Assembly (NCBI GenBank): GCA_965221905.1
Contig: OZ244922.1
Span: forward strand, 2,272,001-2,336,000
Origin: Chloroflexota bacterium
GTDB lineage: Bacteria > Chloroflexota > UBA11872 > VXOZ01
DNA length: 64,000 nucleotides
Direction: 5' to 3'
In this document: positions 45,902-56,471 of the stretch, in pieces
Numbering within the stretch: position 1 is the stretch's first letter
Layout of the letters: each line of letters opens with the position of its first letter
Notes under the pieces: model-generated
What the model was told of the DNA's origin: nothing
The model's input: the letters and a program-made list of their open reading frames with translations, nothing else
Database searches by the model: none
Translations under genes and position numbers: made by a program

Positions 45902-48251
45902 GTGCGAGAGCTTGTATCCAAGATGGCGGAGGCTTGTTCCCGCGTAACTGCAAGCTTTGATCTCGACGACGCCCTACAGGCTGTAGTTGACGAGGCTCGT
46001 TCGATCTGCGGCGCACGGCTTGGCGTCCTCGTGACATTTCACGATACGGGCGACATCAGTGAACTTATTACCTCCGGGTTCTCGCCTGAAGAGCTCCAAC
46101 GACTTTGGGCGCCGCAAAAGGGGTGGGGGTTTCTGAAGGACCTAAACCGAATTCAACACCCTTTGAGGGTTAGTGATCTCCCTGGTTATGCAAAGTCGAC
46201 CGGGTTATTCGAAGATGATCTACCGGCCAAATCATTTATGGCAACCCCTATGCGTCATCGAGGCGAGCGGATCGGCAACATCTTCCTTGGTGGCAAGCAA
46301 GGCAGCGAAGAGTTCTCCCTGGAAGACGAGGAGATACTTGGCATGTTCGCCGGCCACGCCGCGGTCGCGATCTCCAACGCCCGCATTTACAGGCAGGAAC
46401 AGCGTGCCAAGGCCGAGTTAGAAGCCCTGATCGAAAGTTCACCTTTGGGCATATTGGTCTTTGATGCCAAAACGGGGAACCTGGTGTCGGTTAATGAGGA
46501 AACAAGACGGATTGTCGGCGGGCTGCTGGGACGCGGCCACTCGCTCGAGGAGCTCTTGGATTCGCTGACATTTCGGCGTGCCGACGGGCGAGAGTTCCAG
46601 CTAGACGCACTCCCGTTGACCCGGGTACTTAGCAGCGGCGAGACAGTGCGCGCCGAGGAAGTCGTTATCTCTCATCCGGATGGCAAGTCTGTTACCGCCC
46701 TGGTCAACGCCAGACCAATCTACGCCGATGACGGTGAAATCACGTCTGTTGTTGCGACGCTACAGGATTTGACGCCGTTTGCAGAAGTGGAGAAGCAGTG
46801 GGCGGAATTCCTTGGGATGGTGAGCTTAGGACTTCGTACGCCGCTGGCCGCGATCAAGGGATCCACGGCTACGGTGCTGGGTGCTCCATCTCCGCCTGAA
46901 CGCGCCGAGATACTTCAGCTCTTTTCTATCATCGACGAACAGGCCGACCTTATGCGGGACCTGACTAATGACTTGCTTGATGTGAGCCGAATTGATTTAG
47001 GCAATTTTTCGATAACATCTGAAGCCACCAGCGTCGCGGATATAGTCGATGGGGCCGCTCGGGCTTACCAAAGTAGCAACTCAAGCAATCCACTCGAAGT
47101 CGACCTGCGGCATGAACTACCCTACTTAAGCGCGGACAGGAACCGTGTGGTACAGGTTCTGATCAGACTCTTCACAAATGCGTCCAAGCTCTCCGTAGAG
47201 CCGTCTGCCATCAGAGTTAAGACATAACCGATGGACTCCCACTTTGCATTTACCGTTTCCAATGAAGGCGAGGGGATATCTGACGAGCGGCTATCCCACT
47301 TGTTCAGCAAGTTCTACCGGATCTACGACTGGGATTCGGGGAGGGAGGGGTAAATCGGAGACACAGGGCTAAGCCTTGCGATCTGCAAGGGAATCGTGGA
47401 AGCGCATGGGGGCCGCATTTGGGCAGATTGTGATGATCCGAGCCAGGGCGAGCGGTTTACGTCTACGATCCCCATAGCTGCAGTCGAAGACACCGGACGC
47501 AAAGAGAGCACCCAAGCTCCCCAGCTCTCCGCACGTTCCAATTTCAGGGCAAAAGAGCGGACAACGATTTCTTGCAATCGATGACGACCCGCCCACTCTC
47601 AGGTACCTTCGGAATACACTCTCGGAGGCAGGCCATACATTTCTAATCACAAGTGATCCGGAGGAGGCGGTCCGATTGGTGGAGGAAGAGAAGCTAGATC
47701 TCATCTTGGTGGATGCGATGCTGCCAAGAGCTGACGGCTTTGCGCACATGAAGCGCACTGCCGAAAGCACAATTGCTCCGGTAATCTTCTTGTCCGAGCG
47801 CGACAGGGACCAAGACATCGCACGGGCATTCGAGATGGGAGCGGCCGACTACATCGTCAAACCGTTTTCCCCTAATGAGCTGGCGGCGCGCATCAGGGTG
47901 GCCTTGCGTAACCGGTCAACGCGTGATCAGGATAGGCCGGGCAATACATACTTGCTGCAAGACCTCAGAATAAACTATGCCGAACGCAGGGTGACCGTAA
48001 GCAATCGTCCTGTCAAGCTAACTGCGACCGAATTCGATCTGCTATTCGAGCTCTCGACCAACGCCGGTCGCGTGTTGACACACGATCATCTGTTGCATAG
48101 GGTCTGGGGGTCGACATACTTGGGTGATTCACAGCTCTTACGCACGTACGTGAAGTACCTCCGGCAAAAATTGGGGGACGACGCCAGCAACCCAAAGTAC
48201 ATCTTCACCGAGCCTCGCGTGGGGTACCGCATGGCAAAAGCCAACAGTTAG
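45902..48251 (+). pseudogene. Decayed paralog of the GAF-PAS-HK-REC-wHTH hybrid
   Basis: Collinear with 28543..30906. H-box His is lost (MVSLGLRTPL), in-frame TAA at 47225 and 47351, +1 frameshift near 47568 (ATTTCTT) before LAIDDD. The REC-wHTH part is intact. Confidence 0.88.
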
Positions 48252-48626
48252 GACAGCATGCGGGCCGATCTATCTCATCGAGGAATGCCTCAGTCCGTTG
48301 CCGCCTATGGGCAAGTCACTGAATTGGAGGTCTCCCGTGGCCGTTCGAGCGGTACCGGCAGAGTATCGGGTTTCTGCCCAACCGTGGCCCAGGCCAACGC
48401 CATCAGGTCGTACTCCAATTCGTCGCCATCGGCAGCGAGAGTCGCAAGGACGGAATAGAACTCGCTGCCGGCTAATTCTATGCACGCTCGGTGTGGCTAT
48501 TCAATTTGCCTACTGTGCAAAGTCACAGAAGGTTCAAAGTCATCGATGCTATGTGCCGCATGGGCCAATAGGCGGTCTTGAGTGGTGGAAAGAAGGGTGT
48601 CTGTTTCCGCGTAAGGACGTCTTTGC

Positions 48627-48703
48627 CGGCGGGCCAGAAGGGATTCGGACATCGGGCATCCACGATGTCAGCGTTGCGCACAGATGTGCCCAGCAACTTG
48701 CCC
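48627..48703 (-). pseudogene. Degenerate copy of tRNA-Val(GAC)
   Basis: Ungapped 77-nt alignment to 26160-26236 gives 55/77 identities by manual count. Anticodon GAC is kept; D arm, T arm and CCA are broken. Similarity continues ~40 nt into the promoter. Confidence 0.85.
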
Positions 48704-49090
48704 TTCCTCCATAGCGGGGTATAGCATGGGACTAATGCTTGAGCGTCTCGGCCTCGCGCATGTCGGCAGTGCCGAGGTCAAGGGCGAACGAACGGCGCGA
48801 GACGGTGCGTAGTTTAGCGGCAAGGGCAGCATTGGCTGAAATTCGGTACCCCTATGATTTCTTGGCAAGACGCGAAGCCCCCTTTAAATTAGGCAAGAAT
48901 CCGCTTGCAGAGCCGAAATGCTCCGTCTCCCGGAGAGAGAGGTACAGTGAGGGTGCATCTTCATCTATTCACCCCATTCCCGCACGCAAGTTGGGTTGAC
49001 GCAAGGGTATCCAATAGAGCACAAGACTGTTGATTGCTTGACCGGAAAATACCACGACGATCGCATTTCTGACGAAAAGGAGTTTCTACC

Positions 49091-49960
49091 GTGAGCGTAA
49101 CATTGCAGCGACCCGAGGTCGGCATGGAAGCACCGGACTTCAGTTTGCCGGACGTGTACGGCAAACGCTGGTCGTGGAGCCAGTTTCGGGGAAAGAGAGT
49201 CCTGTTGTACATGTGGGCCTCATGGTGAGGCTGCCGCGATCAGTTGCCAGGTTGGCAGCAATTTGCGGATAAGCACGCGGGCGACAACTTCCAGATGCTC
49301 TCTGTAGCTATGGATGGCGGCGGCGTGGAGAAGCCGCGCGCATTCGTGGAAGCGTCCGGTGTCACGTTTCCCACGTTCGTGGACGCCAGCGGCCTTCTAT
49401 TCCGCCTCTACGGCTTCACGGCGGTGCCGAACGGTGTCTACGTGGATGAAACGGGTATCATTCGCTTCCAACTCTTTACGGGCTTTAGCGTTGACCGCGA
49501 GGACGTAGTGGAGCAGCTTGAGACGCTGCTGGCAACGCCTGCCGGCGACGTACCGGCCGCGCCGACGGTGGCGCAGCAGTCACTTGAGATCGAAGTCATG
49601 CTGGAGCAGGCGGCGGCGCAAGTCGACGACCCGGGCATGCAGCTCGGCCTCGCGGAGGCCCTGCTGCAAGAGGGCAACAACGAGCGCGCGGCAGAGGCGT
49701 TTCGACGGGCGTTTGAGCTAGACAGCGAATCCGCCAATGCCGCCTTTGGTCTCGGCACTGCGTTGCACCAACTTGGGCAAACTACCGATGCGCTGGCCTC
49801 ATGGGGGCGCGCCTTGCAGATCGAGCCGAATAATTTCATTATTCGCAAGCAGATCTGGCGCGTCGAATATCCGGAGAAGTTCTACCCTGTGATTGACTAT
49901 GACTGGCAAAAGGTGAAACTTGCCCAGGAAAAGGCCGTCGAGAGCGGGGCACGCGCGTAA
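49091..49960 (+). CDS. Selenoprotein candidate: ResA/TlpA-like thioredoxin-fold protein with WASW-U-GC motif and C-terminal TPR
   Basis: GTG 49091 follows AAAGGAG. Reads APDFSLPD..G.......FRGKRVLLYMWASW[TGA 49226]GCRDQLPGWQ, in frame with ORF 49244..49960. SECIS-like hairpin at 49243-49259. Confidence 0.85.
49243..49259 (+). promoter_or_regulatory. Putative bacterial SECIS element
   Basis: GTTGCCA-GGT-TGGCAGC stem-loop with a G-containing apical loop, starting 14 nt after the UGA. Confidence 0.6.
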
Positions 49961-50028
49961 GAACTGCGTAGCCAAACTGCGGGGCTACACTTACGCTGGG
50001 TGCGAAAGACGCAGCGAGAAAATAGCGC

Positions 50029-51228
50029 ATGGCATGGGGACTCTTGGATAGATTCATGCGGCCCAAATGGTTGCTGGACCGCATTCTGCTTGTCGCTGAG
50101 CACGTGGCCGAAAGCGACGGGGAAGCGCTGCCAACGCTTCTCATAAACACGCTGCGGGAGCACTTCGGCGCGCAGCACGTGTGCATCCACTTCGCAGAAC
50201 CCAGCATGCTACGCCCCGAAACGCGGGAAGCCGTGGTTGCTGAATGCCCCGCAACGCTTGCCGACCCAACGGATTCAGCCGCGAATAGCAAAGCAGAGGC
50301 AACGTTCTGGCAATATGCGCTCAAATCGCGCAAGGTAGTGATCGCCTCAACTACGTCCGCCACGATACAGGATGAACTCCGTCCGCTTCTCATGGCTGCC
50401 GGTGCCCGCGACGGCATAGCAATTCCCCTGACCTACCGCGGTGAGGTGTATGCGGTCGTCAACCTATATTTCAAACGAACGGTACCTTCCAAACTTGCTA
50501 CCGCAGAAAACGTCATGCGCAGCATCCGTCTGCTGGGCAATCTCGTCTACGGCGTTCTGCTGCAGCAATACCACGCGAGCGCGCTACGAGAGAGCGACGA
50601 CATTGCCCTTGCCCTAGCCCAAGCAGTGGCTGCCAGAGACGGCTACGCCGACGGCCATGTCTTGCGCGTATGCGCGCTGGCCGGAGCGCTGGGTGAAGCG
50701 GCAGGACTCTCGCTTGCCGAGCAAGAGGCGGTACGCAAAGGCACTATGTTCCGCGACATTGGCAAGCTTCATGTCCCAGACTACGTTCTGCAAAAGCCGG
50801 GACCGCTCGACGCCGCAGAACGCGCGCTCGTCCATGAGCACCCCCTCACAGGGGAGCGAATCCTTTTGCAGGCAGCGACCGGCACGGCCGCCGGTAGCAA
50901 GACATTGGCAATAGCGGCATCTGCTGTCCGGAGTCACCATGAGCGGCTGGACGGCTCCGGCTACCCCGATGGACTGGCAGGGCCTGAAGTGCCGGTGCCG
51001 GCTCGCATCGTTGCGATTGTCGACATGTATGCTGCGCTAATTGCCGATCGTCCCTTCAGGGCAGCACTGCCGGTGCCGCGCGCCGTGGAACTTCTCCAGG
51101 AGATGGCAGGCCCGGCGCTCGATCCGGAGTTGGTGTCCCTATTTCTCTCACGAGAGATCCACGCGGCCGCTCCGTCTGAATCATGGGAACAGCCCATTGA
51201 AACGGCAACGTCGAAGGCAGCCGTCTAG
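50029..51228 (+). CDS. GAF + HD-GYP domain protein with a degenerate HD dyad (RD)
   Basis: Motifs ARDGY..GHVLRV, FRDIGK, KPGPL, EHP..GE.IL, HHERLDGSGYPDGL, ARIVAIVD.Y.AL...RPFR. Confidence 0.88.
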   Translation: MAWGLLDRFMRPKWLLDRILLVAEHVAESDGEALPTLLINTLREHFGAQHVCIHFAEPSMLRPETREAVVAECPATLADPTDSAANSKAEATFWQYALKSRKVVIASTTSATIQDELRPLLMAAGARDGIAIPLTYRGEVYAVVNLYFKRTVPSKLATAENVMRSIRLLGNLVYGVLLQQYHASALRESDDIALALAQAVAARDGYADGHVLRVCALAGALGEAAGLSLAEQEAVRKGTMFRDIGKLHVPDYVLQKPGPLDAAERALVHEHPLTGERILLQAATGTAAGSKTLAIAASAVRSHHERLDGSGYPDGLAGPEVPVPARIVAIVDMYAALIADRPFRAALPVPRAVELLQEMAGPALDPELVSLFLSREIHAAAPSESWEQPIETATSKAAV

Positions 51229-51305
51229 TCTTTGAGGCAGCCTCGCTCAGCCGCAGCGCCACAAAGTCAATTCACCATCGCGTCCATCTACCTGTCACCG
51301 GAATC

Positions 51306-52520
51306 CTACGCGCCCTGCTTCGCGCGCCGAAAGGCCATATGCGTCAAGAATGGCAAGATGAGTGCAATAGGCAGAAGGCTTAGCATGGCGACACGGAAGG
51401 AGAAGGTCTCTGCCACTAGCCCTATCACATAGGGCGGGAGTAAGCCGCCCGCGGCCGCGCCCAGTAGGAGCAAGATGGCGACCGTACCCGGCCGACGGGG
51501 AAACCGTTGCAGGGCCAGGGCAAACATGGTCGGGAAGATTGGGGCCACGCACAGACCGAGAAGAAAAACCACTACATAGACAACCGGCGCCGACGGCGCC
51601 AGACCGAGAAGGAGAAACAACGGCACGCTGACGATCAATGGAATCTGCAGTGTCTGCTCAGTTGACAAGCGACGGGCCAGCCACATCATCGCCAGCCGAC
51701 CGAGAAAAATCGCTCCCCAGAATAGAGAGACGATCACGGTGCTACGTCCGTAGGGCTCTTGGAATTCTTCGGTGAGATATGTCACGCCCCAGCCTATAAG
51801 TGATATTTCCACCCAGATGTATAAGACGAGTACAGCCGTCACCATCACAATAATGCCGTTGCGCGCCAAAGGGAGAACATTTGCCCGGCTTAGCCGCTCG
51901 AGACTCGCCGCCTGCGGGAGCCTCGCGCGCATTGTAAACGGCAATAAGGCAAACCCCAACACACCGATGGCAATCATCGGTAAGCGCCAATTTATATCAA
52001 GTGACAAGCCTATCAAGAGCGGGCTTAGCACTGCGCTCAACCCAAAGAACATGTGCAAGCGGTTGAGATCAGCAACGCGATTGCCGGAACTGGCGTCCGA
52101 TGCCGTCACGTTAGTGATTATGTCAACGCAGCCTAATCCGGCTCCGGTAAAGAGCATGAATGCGAGTGTTATGCCCCAGTGCGGCGCTAGACCCCAACCT
52201 AAGTATGCAACCCCCATCATCACACTCGCGCCTATCAATGCCGGCCGCCGCCCATAGCTATCGACGACATAGCCCGCCACCATGACCGCAATGGCAAAGC
52301 CTGCCGATGCTAACGGAAACACCACCCCAACGCTCGCGAGACTCAGCGAGTACTCAGCGCGCATCGCCGGTAAGGATGGGCCGACGAGGTTCCAACCAAG
52401 CCCCATGAGGATGACGAGCGAAAAGTTGAGCGCGGTAAGGAGACGATACCGGGGTTTTGCCTGCCCCTCTTGGGCAATGTCAGTGTGGAGCGCCGGGGAG
52501 GCTGGTTCTATCATTGCCAA
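51306..52520 (-). CDS. MFS transporter (sugar/FucP-like)
   Basis: About 12 hydrophobic segments; motif A GYVVDSYGRR; LH.FFGL; APIFPT. Confidence 0.88.
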   Translation of the reverse strand: MAMIEPASPALHTDIAQEGQAKPRYRLLTALNFSLVILMGLGWNLVGPSLPAMRAEYSLSLASVGVVFPLASAGFAIAVMVAGYVVDSYGRRPALIGASVMMGVAYLGWGLAPHWGITLAFMLFTGAGLGCVDIITNVTASDASSGNRVADLNRLHMFFGLSAVLSPLLIGLSLDINWRLPMIAIGVLGFALLPFTMRARLPQAASLERLSRANVLPLARNGIIVMVTAVLVLYIWVEISLIGWGVTYLTEEFQEPYGRSTVIVSLFWGAIFLGRLAMMWLARRLSTEQTLQIPLIVSVPLFLLLGLAPSAPVVYVVVFLLGLCVAPIFPTMFALALQRFPRRPGTVAILLLLGAAAGGLLPPYVIGLVAETFSFRVAMLSLLPIALILPFLTHMAFRRAKQGA

Positions 52521-52653
52521 TTGATCCGCAAGAGTCCTTGTACGCGTCTCCAGGTGGTGGCTGGGGCACGCTCCGGACAGCCTGATCCAGCGACTCTCCG
52601 CATGCTTGCGCGTCGCCTGCTGTCAGCGGGATAAGACCGAGCCAGCCTGGACA

Positions 52654-53925
52654 TCATTCTCTGTATGCTGATGCAACCTTTCGTATTGCTTCCAGCACGT
52701 CATCAAGGTCTTCCTGCTGCAACGTTGGAAAGACTTCCAACCTGAACGAGCGCTGGCCGATGTCTCTTGCATTGGGGCATTCTACTCCGGCGTACTCGGC
52801 GGTATCGAATGGAAACTGCGTGTTGCCGTAGCCGACTTTTTGCTGGTAGACAGGCTCCATATAAAGTTCCGCACTCGTACCCCGCGCGGCGCGGACACCC
52901 TCTGCCTGTAACGCCTGTACAAACTCGTCGCGAGTGCACGTCAGATGCTCCAAGTGCAGCGTGACATAGTAGCAGTAGAAAGCATGTTCTGACTCCGGAG
53001 TCTCCGGCGAGGGCCTGAGAACCACTTCCAACTCACTGAGACCCTCAGTGAGATAACGCGCGTTTTCACGGCGGCGTTGGAGGTGCCAATCCAGTCGAGC
53101 AAGCGCCTTGAGGCCGATAGCGCTTTGCATCTCCGTCATGCGGTAGTTATAGCCGACGCGGTAGTGCGTGTATTGATTTAGCGCGCCACGCGCCAATGCA
53201 CTGCGGCGTTCCGCTTCGTGAAAGCCGTGATCGCGAAAGCTCCGGGCAACCTCGGCGGCCGCGGCATCATTGGCGCCCACCATGCCGCCCTCACCGCCAG
53301 TGGTAAAAATCTTGTCCTGGCAGAAGCTCCATGCGTTCACCGTGCCAAGGCTCCCTACCTTCTTGCTGCGATAGGTGGCGCCGTGAGCTTGGGCGCAATC
53401 CTCGACAACCGCCAAGCCGTGCTTACGCGCGAGCGCGAGAATGGCATCCATGTCTGCGGGCAGACCGGCAAGATGCACCGGTACGATAGCCGTGGTGCGA
53501 GGTGTAATGCGCTCCGCGACGGACTCTGCAGCGATGGTGTGAGTTTCCGGATCAATGTCGGCAAAAACAGGCACGGCGTATTGATTCGTTACGGCGGATG
53601 CCGTAGCAATGAAACTGCGCGCGGGCACTATCACCTCATCGCCAGGCCCCACGCCTGCAGCCGCTAAGGCAACGTGCAGGGCACTGGTGCCACTGTTCAC
53701 GGCGATTGCTTCCTCTACGCCCATGTAAGCGGCGAACTCCGCTTGAAACTGCCGGCCAAATTCCCCGGTCCAGTAGTTTACGTGACCGGAATCCAACACC
53801 GCCTGCACCGCTTGCTTTTCGTCATCCCAAAAGACCGGCCACCGGGGAAATGGTCTTTGCTCTAGATCACGCACCGGCGCGCCGCCATTAATCGCAAGTT
53901 CCTGCATTACCGTTTGCTGTGCCAC
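52654..53925 (-). CDS. DegT/DnrJ/EryC1/StrS PLP-dependent aminotransferase
   Basis: Motifs NSGTSALH, GPGDEVIVP, PVHLAG.PADM, EDCAQAHGA, SFCQDK..TTGGEGG, GYNYRM. GAGGGAG RBS precedes GTG 53925. Confidence 0.92.
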   Translation of the reverse strand: MAQQTVMQELAINGGAPVRDLEQRPFPRWPVFWDDEKQAVQAVLDSGHVNYWTGEFGRQFQAEFAAYMGVEEAIAVNSGTSALHVALAAAGVGPGDEVIVPARSFIATASAVTNQYAVPVFADIDPETHTIAAESVAERITPRTTAIVPVHLAGLPADMDAILALARKHGLAVVEDCAQAHGATYRSKKVGSLGTVNAWSFCQDKIFTTGGEGGMVGANDAAAAEVARSFRDHGFHEAERRSALARGALNQYTHYRVGYNYRMTEMQSAIGLKALARLDWHLQRRRENARYLTEGLSELEVVLRPSPETPESEHAFYCYYVTLHLEHLTCTRDEFVQALQAEGVRAARGTSAELYMEPVYQQKVGYGNTQFPFDTAEYAGVECPNARDIGQRSFRLEVFPTLQQEDLDDVLEAIRKVASAYRE

Positions 53926-54100
53926 ACTCAATGCTCCCTCTTTTTTTAGCTCATCCACACTGCCAGTATCATGCTTCCACAGACCGGGAAGTTCGCGCTT
54001 ACCCATCTTCGTTAGAATCCTTGCCCAAGTGGCGGAAGAGGATTCACACTACTTTAACATTTATGTACTGACCAAGACTGGTTGTTAGCACTAGGGCGAT

Positions 54101-56113
54101 CTAATCCACCTTCAGTCTACGCCAGTGCCTTAAGACCTCAGCCACGCTCCAGGCCTGAGCATAGCAACCACGGGGTGCGTGCGGCGAATCGCCATCGAAT
54201 ACTTCACTGACGGTGCCCAAGGCCCCGCTTGTCATGTGGTCGGCAAAACCGTTGAGCAAAGCCCGCGCGGCAGCTTTGTCACCATTGAAACGGAGCAAGG
54301 CGTCCAGGAAGGGTCCAATCAGCCAACCCCAGACCGTGCCATTGTGGTAGCTGCCCTCTCGCTCCCAAAGAGTTCCGCCGTAATAGCCTCGATACTGCGT
54401 GTCGCTAGCCGCAAGGGAACGCAATCCCACCGGCGTGAGCAATTCGGCTGTGACGATCTCCAGCACTCTTTGCGCGTTGTCCTCGGGCAAGAGTGTAAAG
54501 GGCAAGCTAAGCGCGAACACTTGGTTGGGACGCAGCGCCGGGTCATTCCCTTCCGGACCGTCGATCACGTCGTACAGGTAACCCCCTTCCTCATACCAAA
54601 AACGACGCATGAAGTGGTGCTCGATGGCTGCCCGCCACTGTGGAATCTCATCAACCGGCTCCTCAATCATAAGACACCACTGCTCGAGCAGGCGCAACGC
54701 ATTGTACCAGAGGGCCTGAATCTCCACCGGCTTACCGATGCGTGGTGTGGGAAGCCAGTCACCTGCCTTCACGTCCATCCACGTCAGTTGTACGCCCGGT
54801 TCACCCGCCCATACCAGTCCGTCCGCCGGGTCAACGTGGATGTTGTAGCGGGTGCCGTAGTAGTAGTGACGGACGATGTCTTTGAGTACAGGCATGAGTT
54901 CGCGCAGCAACGCCTCGTCGCTCGTCGTCCCCATGTAAGCATGCAATGCCTGGAAGTACCAAAGAGTCGCATCGACTGTGTTGTATTCAGGAATCTCGCC
55001 GGCATCGGGGAATCGATTAGGAATCATACCTTCGCTGACGTATTCGGCAAATGTGCGGAGGAGCCCCTTCGCAGCGTCCGAGCGATTTGTAGCAAGCGCA
55101 AGACCCGGCAAGCTGATCATGGCATCTCGACCCCAGTCGCCGAACCACGGATACCCCGCAATGACGGTGAGCGATTGCTCGCCCCCCGTCAACGCCCTTT
55201 CCACTAAGAACTGGTCGGCGGCGATCACCAACTGCGCCTCCATTGGGTCCTGGACCGGGTCTACCGCGGCCCTTTGCAACAAAGCGTCGGTGCGTTCCTG
55301 CTCCCTGCTAAAGGCCTGAGATGAGTCACGATCAATGTTCGGCAGGGACTCGACGCTTGCAATGAGACACATGCTTGCGCCGGGTGCAAGTTCTGCGGCG
55401 CAGTCGAACGGATGGTAGAGGTCCTCCATGAAATCCAGGGAACGCTCGCGTTCGCCACGATAAAGGTAATTCCAATACCACTCTTCTCTTGGCTCAAACG
55501 CGGCGCCTTCGCTACAGAGGAGTGAAAGCGGAGACTCTATCTGGTGCGATGTAACTGTCGCGTATGTGGCGTTTTGAACGATGACTTCAGGACGCGCCTC
55601 GTCCGAACCGCGCGTGAGCGAGTGAAAGTCCCGTTGGGCAGTGAAGAGCCGCACACGCAGTGCAAGAGGACTATCGCCGGCGACGTGAGTATAGCGGACA
55701 TAGGTGGTATTCCGTCCGTGGGCCATCCAAATTCGCTTCTCAAGAATAGCGTTCCCAACCCGATAGCAAAACATCGGCACTTGCCCTTCAAGGCGCACCG
55801 ATTCCAAAGTAGCAAAGCCTTGAGGATGGATCACATTCGGGTGGAATTCATTGGCGCCCAACTCGTAGGTTTGGCCGGCAAGGGAAACGACCTCGTCCAC
55901 CTTAGCCAGCATCACCGATCGGCCAAGGGGCGGGTCCAAAGCAGCTACCAATAGGCCGTGGTACCGACGGGTATTGATGCCCGTAACCGTACCGCTGGCA
56001 TAGCCGCCAGTGCCGTTTGTTACCAACCATTCACGCTGAATCGCAGAATCCAGGTCATGAAGGATGGCAGAGTCAAGGGTGGCACTGGCCGTAGACACAG
56101 ACGCGACTTCCAA
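54101..56113 (-). CDS. Amylo-alpha-1,6-glucosidase / glycogen debranching enzyme (archaeal-type)
   Basis: Motifs EWLVTNGTGGYASGT, RRYHGLL, IAGYPWFGDWGRD, YNTVDATLW, LTWMD, RPNQ, YHNGTVW, QAWSVAE. Confidence 0.93.
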   Translation of the reverse strand: MEVASVSTASATLDSAILHDLDSAIQREWLVTNGTGGYASGTVTGINTRRYHGLLVAALDPPLGRSVMLAKVDEVVSLAGQTYELGANEFHPNVIHPQGFATLESVRLEGQVPMFCYRVGNAILEKRIWMAHGRNTTYVRYTHVAGDSPLALRVRLFTAQRDFHSLTRGSDEARPEVIVQNATYATVTSHQIESPLSLLCSEGAAFEPREEWYWNYLYRGERERSLDFMEDLYHPFDCAAELAPGASMCLIASVESLPNIDRDSSQAFSREQERTDALLQRAAVDPVQDPMEAQLVIAADQFLVERALTGGEQSLTVIAGYPWFGDWGRDAMISLPGLALATNRSDAAKGLLRTFAEYVSEGMIPNRFPDAGEIPEYNTVDATLWYFQALHAYMGTTSDEALLRELMPVLKDIVRHYYYGTRYNIHVDPADGLVWAGEPGVQLTWMDVKAGDWLPTPRIGKPVEIQALWYNALRLLEQWCLMIEEPVDEIPQWRAAIEHHFMRRFWYEEGGYLYDVIDGPEGNDPALRPNQVFALSLPFTLLPEDNAQRVLEIVTAELLTPVGLRSLAASDTQYRGYYGGTLWEREGSYHNGTVWGWLIGPFLDALLRFNGDKAAARALLNGFADHMTSGALGTVSEVFDGDSPHAPRGCYAQAWSVAEVLRHWRRLKVD

Positions 56114-56471
56114 TGAACTCGTGGAGACAATCAGGCTAGCATCGTTGAAGGCAGTATACCAGTCGCCCGCCTACCAATGTAGCAGCCACCTACGCGGTCC
56201 CTCGACGGCAATTGACGAAAGAACAGCCACATGCGGCAGATCATTCTGCGACGCAGCCTGCGTCGGCTTGCATACGCAAGAATCCAGTTGACCGGCTGAA
56301 TGTCAAACGCTAGCACATCATCAGGGCCCCCGTTATACTTGAAGCAATCTTTCGGCGTTCTGGGATGCATTGAACCGCAAGCAAGTAGCAATCCTCCGAC
56401 AGGTTGCACGCTCCAGCCGGTCACGCAAGACACCGAGAAAGACTGTCGTGGAGAAGCATTGCGTGGTGGCA

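Noticed and set aside
48760-49080. 6S-like or other ncRNA (GCATTGGCT...AGCCGAAATGC pairing)
   Set aside because: Only short terminal complementarity; a rod structure cannot be supported by eye.
54179-55207. 342-aa plus-strand ORF
   Set aside because: Antisense to the debranching enzyme; no motifs.
56131-56470. Methyltransferase-like relic (VLAFDIQP) on the minus strand
   Set aside because: One short motif with no supporting context.
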